Positions 17,978 through 26,851 of a DNA stretch of 64,000 nucleotides are shown here, piece after piece. Made by a program: the position numbers and the translations under genes. The notes below the pieces were generated by a model. The model saw only the letters and a list, made by a program, of their open reading frames with translations. It searched no databases and had not been told where the DNA came from. This DNA is from an uncultured Candidatus Saccharibacteria bacterium (GTDB lineage: Bacteria; Patescibacteriota; Doudnabacteria; UBA920): the NCBI GenBank assembly GCA_964474825.1, contig CAYYWQ010000001.1, positions 613,609 through 677,608 of the forward strand, read 5' to 3'. How positions within the stretch are numbered: position 1 is the first letter of the stretch; each line of letters begins with the position of its first letter.

Positions 17978-18607
17978 CTAATTAGCAAACTTAAAGGAGC
18001 TCAAAAAATCTTTTTCTTCGGCACTTAAATCTTCCGCACCGGCTTTGTTGCCAAAAAATATTTCATAAAGATGACCGTTGTGCTGAATAAAAACAACATA
18101 ATAAACACCAAGACCTCCCTGACTAAAACCATAAGCAGTAACACCGCCAACTTTTATTTCCTTTACGTTAGACACGGTTTGCATTTTTGAAAGCAAGTCC
18201 GGTACCGTTGTAGCCTGTATGTTATTGCTAGCGTTTTCCGGATAGTCAGCAATGCTTTCATAATAATTTATAGTTACGTCGTTCTGGTATCCTTCCCCAT
18301 ACATTTCCCCTGACTCTACTTGCCTAAGCAGGCCCATGTTTTTAGGGCTATTAAAAAGGATCACCCTCTCATTAATTGCGTACTCAAGCCAATTAGCAGG
18401 GCAGGCCACACTATAACCAAGGGTAGAGTTTACATATGTCTGACATGAGACAAACTTGTCTGCAATTTTTTGGAAAGCATCGACTTGATCTGTTGGACTC
18501 GGGCTTTGTGTGGGAGTGGGACTTGGCGCAGGAAGGATAGCGGTATTTTTACCACAACCAGCTGCCAACATAATTACTGCGGCAATAATAAAATATTTTT
18601 TTATCAT
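17978..18607 (-). CDS. putative lipoprotein (paralog 1)
   Basis: ORF track runs to 18763; preferred start is the internal ATG at 18607, giving MIKKYFIIAAVIMLAAGCGKN (signal peptide plus lipobox); avoids overlap with the upstream gene; Pro/Thr/Ser linker. Confidence 0.6.
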   Translation of the reverse strand: MIKKYFIIAAVIMLAAGCGKNTAILPAPSPTPTQSPSPTDQVDAFQKIADKFVSCQTYVNSTLGYSVACPANWLEYAINERVILFNSPKNMGLLRQVESGEMYGEGYQNDVTINYYESIADYPENASNNIQATTVPDLLSKMQTVSNVKEIKVGGVTAYGFSQGGLGVYYVVFIQHNGHLYEIFFGNKAGAEDLSAEEKDFLSSFKFAN

Positions 18608-18614
18608 AACTATT

Positions 18615-19280
18615 TTACTTAATAAATCTAAAGTTGCCTCGCACAGGATCAAGCTTCGACCAAATTTGGCCTTTGTCGACTTCTTGTCTTGGAGGATTAC
18701 TTTTAACGTCAGTCCAAATAATGGTTTCATTAATTTGATAACACGTTTTATTATGATAACCACGGCTAATATGGGATTGGGTATGTTGCCCGGCTACAAT
18801 GTTGTCGCTCATGGCCGTAACAAATGTCACGCCATTTACTACTATAGGATTTTCCAAGTGTCCCAAACCTAACTCGGAAGCGGGGAATTCAGCGCATTTT
18901 GACAAGTCTGCCCGGTCAGTGCGCACCCTGACAGTAACTGCGGCGGAATTAAAATTAGTGCCTTTGTAAGGCTCACTTTTTAAAACAAAACAAACCTTGG
19001 GTGACTCACCCCCAACATTACACGCGGGTGAATTTTTTAACATAGTAAAATCACTAGTATAACCAATACTAAACACACCGGACGGGTCTTTATAAACAGA
19101 CAAAGTAAGGGGTGGGGTTTTAGGAATAACGGAAGGTGCAGTCGTCGTTGCCGTTGGAGTCGGCGAAGCGCTAGGGGTAACACTGGGTTGATTTTTTTCG
19201 GGAGCCAAAGAAACCGGCTGTGGCTTAGAACAGGCGGCTGCTAAAACTAAAACTGCTGCGATTGCAAAATATTTTTTCAT
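18615..19280 (-). CDS. putative lipoprotein (paralog 2)
   Basis: 221 aa, MKKYFAIAAVLVLAAACSKP signal peptide plus lipobox, Pro/Thr linker; tandem with paralog 1. Confidence 0.6.
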   Translation of the reverse strand: MKKYFAIAAVLVLAAACSKPQPVSLAPEKNQPSVTPSASPTPTATTTAPSVIPKTPPLTLSVYKDPSGVFSIGYTSDFTMLKNSPACNVGGESPKVCFVLKSEPYKGTNFNSAAVTVRVRTDRADLSKCAEFPASELGLGHLENPIVVNGVTFVTAMSDNIVAGQHTQSHISRGYHNKTCYQINETIIWTDVKSNPPRQEVDKGQIWSKLDPVRGNFRFIK

Positions 19281-19332
19281 GTTTGGTGCTTTTAGTTACT
19301 TTAGGATTTGGTAAAGAATTTCTGTAAGAAAT

Positions 19333-19755
19333 TTATAGGTCATCTATTTCCACCTTTGGCCCTTCAAAATCAAAACTTGGATCTATGACTTCGGCGCGCA
19401 AATCTTGGCGTGGAATGTGGGATTGAAACTCAACCTTTGGACCAAAATCCGCGGGCCTACGGGTTGGCTTTGGGTGTTCTACAATAGGAGTTATTTCCGG
19501 CTCTTGCAATTGCGCTTTTAAAATTTCCCTGTTAATTTTTTCAACATCTTCAACTTGCTGTTTTACCTGGCGCTGAAGTTTCCCCAAAAGCATGCGTTGG
19601 TAATCTTCCACATTCATAATAACTAACTTTACATCCCCGCCTTCGTCAATAACAAAAAACTTCCCGCCATCTGCTTTTGCTAGACTGATTATGTCTTGTA
19701 AATTTCCCATTACAGATTTATGATTAAGGATTGGAGATTTAAGAAAAAGATGCAC
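19333..19755 (-). CDS. hypothetical protein (weak Phd/YefM-like N-terminal resemblance)
   Basis: 140 aa in the track; alternative start at the ATG at 19710 (MGNLQDIISL...); KFFVIDEGGDVKLVIMNVEDYQRML segment. Confidence 0.4.
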   Translation of the reverse strand: MHLFLKSPILNHKSVMGNLQDIISLAKADGGKFFVIDEGGDVKLVIMNVEDYQRMLLGKLQRQVKQQVEDVEKINREILKAQLQEPEITPIVEHPKPTRRPADFGPKVEFQSHIPRQDLRAEVIDPSFDFEGPKVEIDDL

Positions 19756-19903
19756 TTAAATCCTAAATCTTTCAACTTAAATCTAGAGTGATTATAAACC
19801 TCTTTTATAACCTTTACAATCCCCTGTCTTTTTGATATTCTGCCATATCGCTACAAAGGGATACTGACCCAGAGGTCTAAAGCCCGGCGAGAGAGGAGGA
19901 TGA

Positions 19904-20152
19904 ATGGAGGAAACAATTGTGATGCAACAGTTGGCGGGACGTATTCGCAACCCTCAAAGACCCCCCAGAGTCACTTTATACCTAAAAAGTGGCCACAAGG
20001 TTACGGGTGACATGCAACAATTGCATGATGGGTGGATTGTCCTAAACATCACCCGCTGGTGGGAGCTCTTCGGGGATTACAGGTACTTTACTTGTCACCC
20101 GTCCCAGATAGTGGGATACAGCGCTAAGGGAATTGACCAGCCGGCGTTGTAA
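19904..20152 (+). CDS. hypothetical small protein, GC-rich with strong Shine-Dalgarno
   Basis: 82 aa; GAGAGGAGGA 5 nt upstream of the ATG; codon usage unlike neighbouring genes. Confidence 0.45.
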   Translation: MEETIVMQQLAGRIRNPQRPPRVTLYLKSGHKVTGDMQQLHDGWIVLNITRWWELFGDYRYFTCHPSQIVGYSAKGIDQPAL

Positions 20153-20207
20153 CTACATCCCCAACCCCCAGACAACCATATATCGCCCTGAAAAAAGTGG
20201 ACCGATT

Positions 20208-20241
20208 TCAAAAGGCCGTGACTCACGTCACGGCCTTTAAT
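20208..20241. terminator. bidirectional terminator after fusA and after the 19904 gene
   Basis: AAAAGGCCGTGActcacgTCACGGCCTTTAAT. Confidence 0.65.
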
Positions 20242-20278
20242 CTGCATCATCTTGTTTCTAATCTGCGTATCTGCGATC

Positions 20279-22402
20279 TTACATACCCTTACGTACGTTG
20301 ATACCAGCACGGCTTTCAATAATTTTTGTGGCTACGGCTTTTGGTACTTCGGCGTAATGGTCAAATTCCATGGTGTAGGAAGCTTGACCTTGGGTCATAC
20401 TTCTAAGAGAAGTAGCGTAACCAAACATTTCCGCCAACGGCACAAATGCGTCTATAACTTTTAAGTGCAGGCGGTCTGTCATTTCGTTAATTTGCGCGCG
20501 TTTGCTGTTTAAATCACCAATTACGTCGCCCATGTTGCTGTCCGGCGTTATAACTTCCACTTTCATTACAGGTTCGAGAATAATTGGGTCAGCGTGTTTT
20601 ACGGCGTCTTGCAAAGCTTTGGAACCGGCAATTTTGAAAGCCATTTCACTGGAGTCAACTTCGTGGTAGCTACCGTCAAAAGCAGCTGCTCTAAAGTCCA
20701 CCAAAGGATATCCGGCAATTACACCGTTAGCGGCAGATTCCTGAATACCTTTGTCGATTGGTTTAATATATTCTTTTGGAATAGCTCCACCAACAATTTC
20801 GTCTAAGAACTCGTAACCCTTACCGCGTTCCATAGGTTCAACGCGCAAGTAAACGTGTCCATATTGTCCGCGTCCACCAGTTTGACGAATGTATTTGCTT
20901 TCAGCTTCCGCTGTTTTCTTGATGGTTTCTTTGTAAGCAACTTCCGGTTTACCAACATTGGCTTCCACTTTGAACTCGCGCTTCATACGGTCAACAATAA
21001 TTTCCAAGTGAAGCTCACCCATACCGCCAATAATGGTTTGCTGGGTTTCTTCGTTTGTGGAAAGTCTAAAGGTCGGATCTTCTTCGGCCAACTTGCCCAA
21101 AGCAATACCCATTTTTTCCTGGTCTGCTTTGGTCTTAGGCTCAATGGCCATGGAAATAACCGGTTCAGCGAATTTAATTCTTTCTAACTGAATTGGTTTG
21201 TCTACATCGCAAAGAGTGTCTCCGGTAAAAGTATCTTTAGGTCCTACAAGGGCACAAATGTCGCCGGCAAAAACTTCTTTAACTTCTTCACGGTCGTCAG
21301 CCTTCATTCGCACAATACGGCCAACGCGTTCTTTATTTTGGGTACGGGCGTTTAGCACATAAGAACCGGCTTCTAATTTTCCGGCATATACGCGGAAGAA
21401 GCACAAACGTCCTACGAATGGGTCTGTAGCAATTTTAAAGGCTAGGGCTGTAAAAGGTTCGTCGTCTGTTGGCATTCTTTGAATGTCCGCGCCTGTTTTT
21501 AAGTCGTGCCCTTTTACGGCACCGCGGTCTGTTGGGCTTGGCAAAAAGTTGGTTACAGCGTCTAAAATTGTTTGCACAATAATTCCGCGACCGTCTCCGC
21601 CCAAAACCGGATAAAATTTAGCGCTCTGCACAGCCTTACGAATAGCAGTCAAGAATTCATCTTCCGTAAGTTCGCTGCCTGCCAAATATTTTTCCATTAA
21701 TACATCGTCACTCTCAACAACTTTTTCTAAAAGACGGTGTCTATATTCTTTAGCTTTTTCAAGCATGTCGGCCGGAACTTCACCAACTGTAAATTCTTTG
21801 TCGGTAAAATCTTTATAGGTGTAGGCCTTCATGTTAATTAAGTCCACAACTCCTACAATGTCTTTTTCAAAACCAATTGGTAATTGAATAGGAAAAGCGT
21901 TTGGGGACAAACGTTTATGTATGCTGTCCAGAGATTTGTAAAAGTCTCCCCCGGTCTGGTTGATTTTGTTAATAAAGCACATGCGAGGCACGCCGTATTT
22001 GTCGGCCTGGCGCCACACAGTTTCGCTCTGGGGTTCTACGCCCATTTTGCCGTCGAACACAACCACCGCACCGTCCAAAACACGCAAAGAACGCTCCACT
22101 TCCACGGTAAAGTCCACGTGGCCTGGAGTGTCAATGATGTTAATTTTGTGCTTGGTATCTTTAGCTAATTTAATAAAACGGGGCGTCCAATAGCAAGTCA
22201 CCGCGGCCGCAGTAATTGTAATTCCGCGTTCGCGTTCCTGTTCCATCCAGTCGGTTGTGGTTTCACCTTCGTGCACCGCGCCGATTTTATGGATCATACC
22301 AGTGTTATACAAAACACCTTCTGTTACCGTGGTCTTACCTGCGTCAATGTGCGCAATAATACCAATGTTACGGGTATACTCAATTGGAAATTCTCTGGGC
22401 AT
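20279..22402 (-). CDS. fusA: elongation factor G
   Basis: 707 aa, AHIDAGKTT, full EF-G domain order. Confidence 0.97.
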   Translation of the reverse strand: MPREFPIEYTRNIGIIAHIDAGKTTVTEGVLYNTGMIHKIGAVHEGETTTDWMEQERERGITITAAAVTCYWTPRFIKLAKDTKHKINIIDTPGHVDFTVEVERSLRVLDGAVVVFDGKMGVEPQSETVWRQADKYGVPRMCFINKINQTGGDFYKSLDSIHKRLSPNAFPIQLPIGFEKDIVGVVDLINMKAYTYKDFTDKEFTVGEVPADMLEKAKEYRHRLLEKVVESDDVLMEKYLAGSELTEDEFLTAIRKAVQSAKFYPVLGGDGRGIIVQTILDAVTNFLPSPTDRGAVKGHDLKTGADIQRMPTDDEPFTALAFKIATDPFVGRLCFFRVYAGKLEAGSYVLNARTQNKERVGRIVRMKADDREEVKEVFAGDICALVGPKDTFTGDTLCDVDKPIQLERIKFAEPVISMAIEPKTKADQEKMGIALGKLAEEDPTFRLSTNEETQQTIIGGMGELHLEIIVDRMKREFKVEANVGKPEVAYKETIKKTAEAESKYIRQTGGRGQYGHVYLRVEPMERGKGYEFLDEIVGGAIPKEYIKPIDKGIQESAANGVIAGYPLVDFRAAAFDGSYHEVDSSEMAFKIAGSKALQDAVKHADPIILEPVMKVEVITPDSNMGDVIGDLNSKRAQINEMTDRLHLKVIDAFVPLAEMFGYATSLRSMTQGQASYTMEFDHYAEVPKAVATKIIESRAGINVRKGM

Positions 22403-22541
22403 AGATTAATTTAAAGATTTAAAAAATAAATGATTTAAAGATTTTTGTGTCATCCTGAACTTGTTTCAAAATTTGATTCATGCTATTCTGGGCTGTCCAT
22501 TATCCGAGAAGTTTTCGGAAATAGGACTGAGAGGAGGAAAT

Positions 22542-22820
22542 ATGCCGCTTTACTCTTTGTACAAAAAAGATCTGGGGGCTTCTCACGATGATTGCGCCAC
22601 AATCAGCTGTGATGGAGGCAACCACGATGTCTACCTCAACAAAAAGGCCAAGGAAGAGATCAAGTTCTGCCCTTGTTGCGGGAAAGGACTAACCCTACCT
22701 TCGGACCAACTCACGTGCTACTGTGAGTCGTGCAAGAAAGAAGTGCCTGTATCGCGAAGCGGTGAGAACTACCTCACCTGCAACCGCGGCCACAGTTTTG
22801 AAATACCAGGTGACTGGTAG
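22542..22820 (+). CDS. small Cys-rich zinc-ribbon protein, GC-rich with strong Shine-Dalgarno
   Basis: ORF track 22461-22820; preferred ATG at 22542 preceded by GAGAGGAGGAAAT; CxxC-like pairs (CATISC, FCPCCGKG, CYCESCKK, CNRGH). Confidence 0.5.
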   Translation: MPLYSLYKKDLGASHDDCATISCDGGNHDVYLNKKAKEEIKFCPCCGKGLTLPSDQLTCYCESCKKEVPVSRSGENYLTCNRGHSFEIPGDW

Positions 22821-22826
22821 CCCTTA

Positions 22827-22870
22827 TGCCGACCCCCGCCAAACGGAGGGGGTCGGCATAATTCTTTTTG
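22827..22870 (+). terminator. strong rho-independent terminator
   Basis: ATGCCGACCCCCgccaaacgGAGGGGGTCGGCAT then TTCTTTTT. Confidence 0.75.
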
Positions 22871-22978
22871 TAAAAGTTCCTTTTACTTCTACTAAAATAC
22901 TAATCCAGACTAAATTACTAAAACTTTCAAATACAGATTTCGTAATTTCGTTTGTTTTCGTATTTTGTAGAGACTCTT

Positions 22979-23551
22979 CTAGCGCCTCCCGAAGCGTGCA
23001 AAATGCGCAAACGCTTTGTTGGCTTCGGCCATTCTGTGGGTGTCTTCTCTCTTTTTCATGGCAGCACCGGTTTTGTTGTAAGCGTCCATTATTTCACCGG
23101 CCAATTTTTCGGCCATTCTTTGTCCTTTTTTGGCTCTGGAAGCGGCCAAAAGCCAGCGGATGGCTAATGTGGTCTTGCGGGGTTCCATAACTTCCATTGG
23201 TACCTGGTAGTTAGCTCCACCAATACGGCGGGATTTTAATTCCATTAAAGGAGAAATGTTTTTCAAAGCTTGGTCAAAAACCGCGCGACCATCCAACTTC
23301 TTTGCCGCAGGTTTTTCGGCAGCGGACTTGTCGGCTTTGTCGTCTCCGGCTTTAGCGGCTGGAGCCGGGGCTGCCGGCATTTGCTCTATTTTTTCGCTAA
23401 GGATGTCTAAAGCGTCGTAAAAAATTTGGCGGGCGGTATTCTTTTTGCCGCGCTCCATTAAATAGTTTATGAATTTGGCATACTTAACACTCCCAAACTT
23501 TGGGTCAGGCAAGGGAACATGTTTGTCGTAAGATCGTGATTTTCTTGGCAT
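22979..23551 (-). CDS. rpsG: 30S ribosomal protein S7 with ~30-aa Ala/Pro/Lys-rich internal insertion
   Basis: 190 aa versus ~156 typical; insertion IEQMPAAPAPAAKAGDDKADKSAAEKPAAKKLDGR between conserved blocks. Confidence 0.92.
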   Translation of the reverse strand: MPRKSRSYDKHVPLPDPKFGSVKYAKFINYLMERGKKNTARQIFYDALDILSEKIEQMPAAPAPAAKAGDDKADKSAAEKPAAKKLDGRAVFDQALKNISPLMELKSRRIGGANYQVPMEVMEPRKTTLAIRWLLAASRAKKGQRMAEKLAGEIMDAYNKTGAAMKKREDTHRMAEANKAFAHFARFGRR

Positions 23552-23646
23552 AGGTTTTCAGTTTATAAAGTTTGTAAAGTTATAAGGTTCATAAAGTTTT
23601 AGGCAATTCCGACTTTATAAACTTTAAGAACTTTACGAACTTTCAA
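23552..23646 (-). repeat. family B intercistronic element (copy 3) between rpsL and rpsG
   Basis: agtttataaagtttgtaaagttataaggttcataaagtttt ... actttataaactttaagaactttacgaactttcaac. Confidence 0.6.
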
Positions 23647-24060
23647 CTATTTCTTCTTGGCTCCATACTTACTTCTTGAGCGTTTACGACCGTCAACGCC
23701 TAATGTGTCTAGTTTTCCGCGAACAATGTGATAGCGGACACCTGGTAAATCTTTTACTCTTCCGCCGCGGATCATAACAACGCTATGTTCCTGCAGGTTG
23801 TGGCCAATACCCGGAATGTAAGCAATAACTTCCATACCGTTGGTCAGTTTAACCTTGGCAACTTTACGCAAAGCCGAGTTCGGCTTTTTTGGTGTGGTGG
23901 TATAAACCTTTAAGCACACGCCGCGCATAAAAGGCGCACCGGTTTTTATAAACAGTGTCTTGTTCTTAATTAAGTTGATTCTGCGCATAAGAGCCGGTGA
24001 CTTGGATTTGTACCGGGCAACTTTGCGGCCTTTACGAACTAGCTGGTTGATTGTTGGCAT
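23647..24060 (-). CDS. rpsL: 30S ribosomal protein S12
   Basis: 137 aa, [11 protein letters not shown]. Confidence 0.95.
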   Translation of the reverse strand: MPTINQLVRKGRKVARYKSKSPALMRRINLIKNKTLFIKTGAPFMRGVCLKVYTTTPKKPNSALRKVAKVKLTNGMEVIAYIPGIGHNLQEHSVVMIRGGRVKDLPGVRYHIVRGKLDTLGVDGRKRSRSKYGAKKK

Positions 24061-24231
24061 TTTGTTAGTTAGCTGATTAATTTTTCACAATAAAAACTGA
24101 CGGAATGTCAGTTCGCGTCTACTTCGTTCGGCCAATACTATCCCGAAACCGTGGGATGAACTTCTCGGCCAAATCGACTAAAATTGAGTAATTTTCCGCC
24201 AAAGCGGAAGGTTTCTAATTCAATTAGAAAT

Positions 24232-24260
24232 ATTATACTAGCTAAAACTAAATATGTCAA
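24232..24260 (-). promoter_or_regulatory. consensus sigma70 promoter of the str operon (TTGACA-17-TATAAT)
   Basis: minus strand TTGACA 24260-24255, 17-nt spacer, TATAAT 24237-24232; leader ~170 nt. Confidence 0.65.
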
Positions 24261-24908
24261 TCAGGAAGAAAACAACCCAAACTGTAGTATCCTATTCAAA
24301 TCCCCAAAACTCAAATGAAATGTGTTCCAAAAAGTGCCAATTACAGGACCGTAAATCCAGTCAAACGCGCCCATGGACAGGAGAATAAATAGCAAAATAA
24401 ACCCATAACGTTCAAAACGGAAAACAACTTCCAGCCATTGCTCCGGTAATACAGCGGCTAAAATTTTACTGCCGTCCAGCGGAGGAATGGGAATTAAATT
24501 AAAAAAAGCCAGTACTAAATTAATTAAAATTCCGTAAAGCAACACGTCGTAGGAATAAAAGTTGGTCAAGCCGAGTTTAATAATTACAGCAAACACAATG
24601 GCCAACAAAATATTGGAAAACGGGCCGGCAAGGCTCACCAAAACCATACCCAATTTCTGTGGCCTAAGGTTATTAAAATTTACAGGTACTGGCTTAGCCG
24701 CGCCAAATATAACCGGCGAATGGGCCACCAAAAGTAAGAGAGGCAACAAAATACTGCCAAAAGGGTCAATATGAGGAATAGGGTTTAGAGTAATCCGCCC
24801 CTCGTCCCTGGCAGTAGTGTCCCCTAACCTTTCCGCCATAAGCCCATGCGCCACTTCGTGCACTATAACGGAGAATATTAAAATGATGAAAGTTATTAAA
24901 ATAGACAT
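24261..24908 (-). CDS. site-2 protease family (M50) membrane metalloprotease
   Basis: 215 aa, HEVAHG and NLIPIPPLDGSK motifs, multi-TM. Confidence 0.8.
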   Translation of the reverse strand: MSILITFIILIFSVIVHEVAHGLMAERLGDTTARDEGRITLNPIPHIDPFGSILLPLLLLVAHSPVIFGAAKPVPVNFNNLRPQKLGMVLVSLAGPFSNILLAIVFAVIIKLGLTNFYSYDVLLYGILINLVLAFFNLIPIPPLDGSKILAAVLPEQWLEVVFRFERYGFILLFILLSMGAFDWIYGPVIGTFWNTFHLSFGDLNRILQFGLFSS

Positions 24909-24986
24909 ACTTGATTATTTTATCACAATGTGTTAAACTGTTCTAGTTACTTTAAACTCTAAACTTTTAATTTTCAACTCACTCCC

Positions 24987-25163
24987 ATGCCCAGAACGTG
25001 CGCAGTTTGCGGAAAAATTTATTCCAGGACAATAAAAAGGTCCCATTCTATGAGAGCCTCCATTAGGAGACTGTTACCTAATTTGCAGTACTCGGTGTTT
25101 AATGGACAAAGAATAAAAGCCTGTACCAGATGCATTAAGACCAAGGCTAAAGTTACCAAATAA
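24987..25163 (+). CDS. rpmB: 50S ribosomal protein L28 (Zn-ribbon type)
   Basis: 58 aa, below the ORF-track cutoff; MPRTCAVCGKIYSRTIKRSHSMRASIRRLLPNLQ...CTRC matches the L28 consensus C.V.GK...RSH....RR..PNL. Confidence 0.8.
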   Translation: MPRTCAVCGKIYSRTIKRSHSMRASIRRLLPNLQYSVFNGQRIKACTRCIKTKAKVTK

Positions 25164-25167
25164 ATTT

Positions 25168-25203
25168 AAAACAGCCCCGTCGAATGACCGGGGCTGTTTT
25201 TTA
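25168..25203. terminator. bidirectional terminator after rpmB
   Basis: AAAACAGCCCCGtcgaatgacCGGGGCTGTTTTTT. Confidence 0.75.
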
Positions 25204-26244
25204 ATTCCACGTTACTCGACCAGGATAGTCATTTGGCACTAATTCCACCCAAACGGGCCCTGGGTTAAATTTTATTTCTTGACTGGATTTATCGTAATAA
25301 CGAGTTTTGCCATCGTTCATTTTTTCCCAAGTTCCTTCAACAACTTTTCCATCCTGAAAAATAATTGCGCGCCCTCCACTGTTTAAATCTACGTCAACAC
25401 TCAGCAAACGGTCGTTAGGTACGGGCGTAACTTTTACCAATTGCACCACTACGTTTTTAGCAATAATCTGGCTTTTATTTTCCGCGTCCATGTGCGGCTC
25501 AAAATATTGTAAACGTTTATAGGAATTTAATGCGGAGTCATAATTCCAACCGACCTCGTAACCGGCGCGGGAAAAATCTATACTTATTTTTGTTGCGGTT
25601 GATGTTGCCAGAGGCGAATCTTCTTTAAATTGTAGCGGCAAATAATTGGCGGTGTTAGAATATTTATGGAATCCAATAAGATCCCGCAGTTTTTCAGTAG
25701 AGGTAAAAATATGGTGTGGCTCGGGCTTATTTTTTTTGCGCGGAAAAAAATCAAAATTATAATATTCATTTGCGTCGTCCAAATTTTTATATTTCCCGGC
25801 CTTAATTTGGGCAATAACTTCATTGCTGCCGCCTACGTGGGCATAAACAGCGCCCCATTCGTTGGCAATTTGCGCGTAGTATTCACGGGCGCTCCTTACC
25901 GGACCAATTTCTTTAGCTTCCTTGGACTGGTAAATCGCCATAAACCTGGTTATACCGCCTTCTGCCAATGCTTCGTAAACAATGTCAGCCTGAGAAAGCC
26001 CTGACTGCGGCCGGGCGTCAGGATGGTTTTCCACCATAACGGCAATGGGCCGAAGCGAAGATACTTCGGGCTTAACCTGCTCTCCATTTATTGCCGGCTG
26101 AGTAAGTTGGTGATTTTCTGGAGGAGTAACTACAATATTTAAAACTGCTGGATGTTTTTTAAAAATCCAAGCAACAAAAACTAAAACTATTAAAATTATT
26201 ACAATCCAAAATACTTTTTTTCTGTGCATAAAATCTGTTAACAA
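25201..26244 (-). CDS. DUF3048 (YerB-like) domain protein with N-terminal membrane anchor
   Basis: 347 aa; IAVMVENHPDARPQSGLSQADIVYEALAEGGITRFMAIY block; the track start is TTG at 26244; the ATG 5 codons downstream (26229) is the more likely start. Confidence 0.6.
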   Translation of the reverse strand: MLTDFMHRKKVFWIVIILIVLVFVAWIFKKHPAVLNIVVTPPENHQLTQPAINGEQVKPEVSSLRPIAVMVENHPDARPQSGLSQADIVYEALAEGGITRFMAIYQSKEAKEIGPVRSAREYYAQIANEWGAVYAHVGGSNEVIAQIKAGKYKNLDDANEYYNFDFFPRKKNKPEPHHIFTSTEKLRDLIGFHKYSNTANYLPLQFKEDSPLATSTATKISIDFSRAGYEVGWNYDSALNSYKRLQYFEPHMDAENKSQIIAKNVVVQLVKVTPVPNDRLLSVDVDLNSGGRAIIFQDGKVVEGTWEKMNDGKTRYYDKSSQEIKFNPGPVWVELVPNDYPGRVTWN

Positions 26245-26277
26245 TGGGCATCATTGCTTAAGCAATAATGCCCATTG
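26242..26277. other. 36-nt near-perfect palindrome
   Basis: CAATGGGCATCATTGCttaaGCAATAATGCCCATTG, just upstream of the DUF3048 start. Confidence 0.6.
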
Positions 26278-26317
26278 TATTATCTGCGTTACCTGTTTCT
26301 CATCTGCGTATCTGCGG

Positions 26318-26746
26318 TTAAACTTTCCAGGCACCAATAATTATTCCCGCTGCTAATAAAGTCAACAACATATTACCAATACCTAACCAAAACAAAATCA
26401 TTTTGCCACCCCAAAGGGACTCGCCAAGCTTTAAAGGCACAACAAAACCAATCCAAATCCAACAAGCGGACTGGACCCCGCCCATAACAGACATTTGGTT
26501 CAAGCCACCCATAATCCAAGCAAAAACATAAAACATAACCAGGGAGGCAACAAACTGCCAAATGTAAGTAAAGGCCATGCTCTTCTTCATGGAATCCCTT
26601 TTTTCCTGACTCCAAGAGTCCATGCCCATGGCGCTCGTAAATTTTTTACCAAAAATTGGGCCGTACCACAAACTGCCGATTACCATACTGGCAACGGCGG
26701 AAACCAACACCGCCCAAAAATTAACTGTGACGCTCATACTTCTCAC
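26318..26746 (-). CDS. DUF1761-like small membrane protein
   Basis: 142 aa, 4 TM, WYGPIFGK motif. Confidence 0.5.
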   Translation of the reverse strand: MRSMSVTVNFWAVLVSAVASMVIGSLWYGPIFGKKFTSAMGMDSWSQEKRDSMKKSMAFTYIWQFVASLVMFYVFAWIMGGLNQMSVMGGVQSACWIWIGFVVPLKLGESLWGGKMILFWLGIGNMLLTLLAAGIIIGAWKV

Positions 26747-26851
26747 CCCCTTTCAAAACTTCTACTAAATATTAAAATAACTAAAGATACGAAAGCTAAA
26801 AAAATTAGGTTTAGTAGTTTAGTTTTCTTTAGTATTTAGTAGAAAAACACT
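26747..26851 (-). repeat. intercistronic TTTAGTAG/CTACTAAA inverted k-mer array element (family G) between purH and the DUF1761 gene
   Basis: cttctactaaatatt ... ttagtagtttagttttctttagtatttagtag. Confidence 0.5.
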
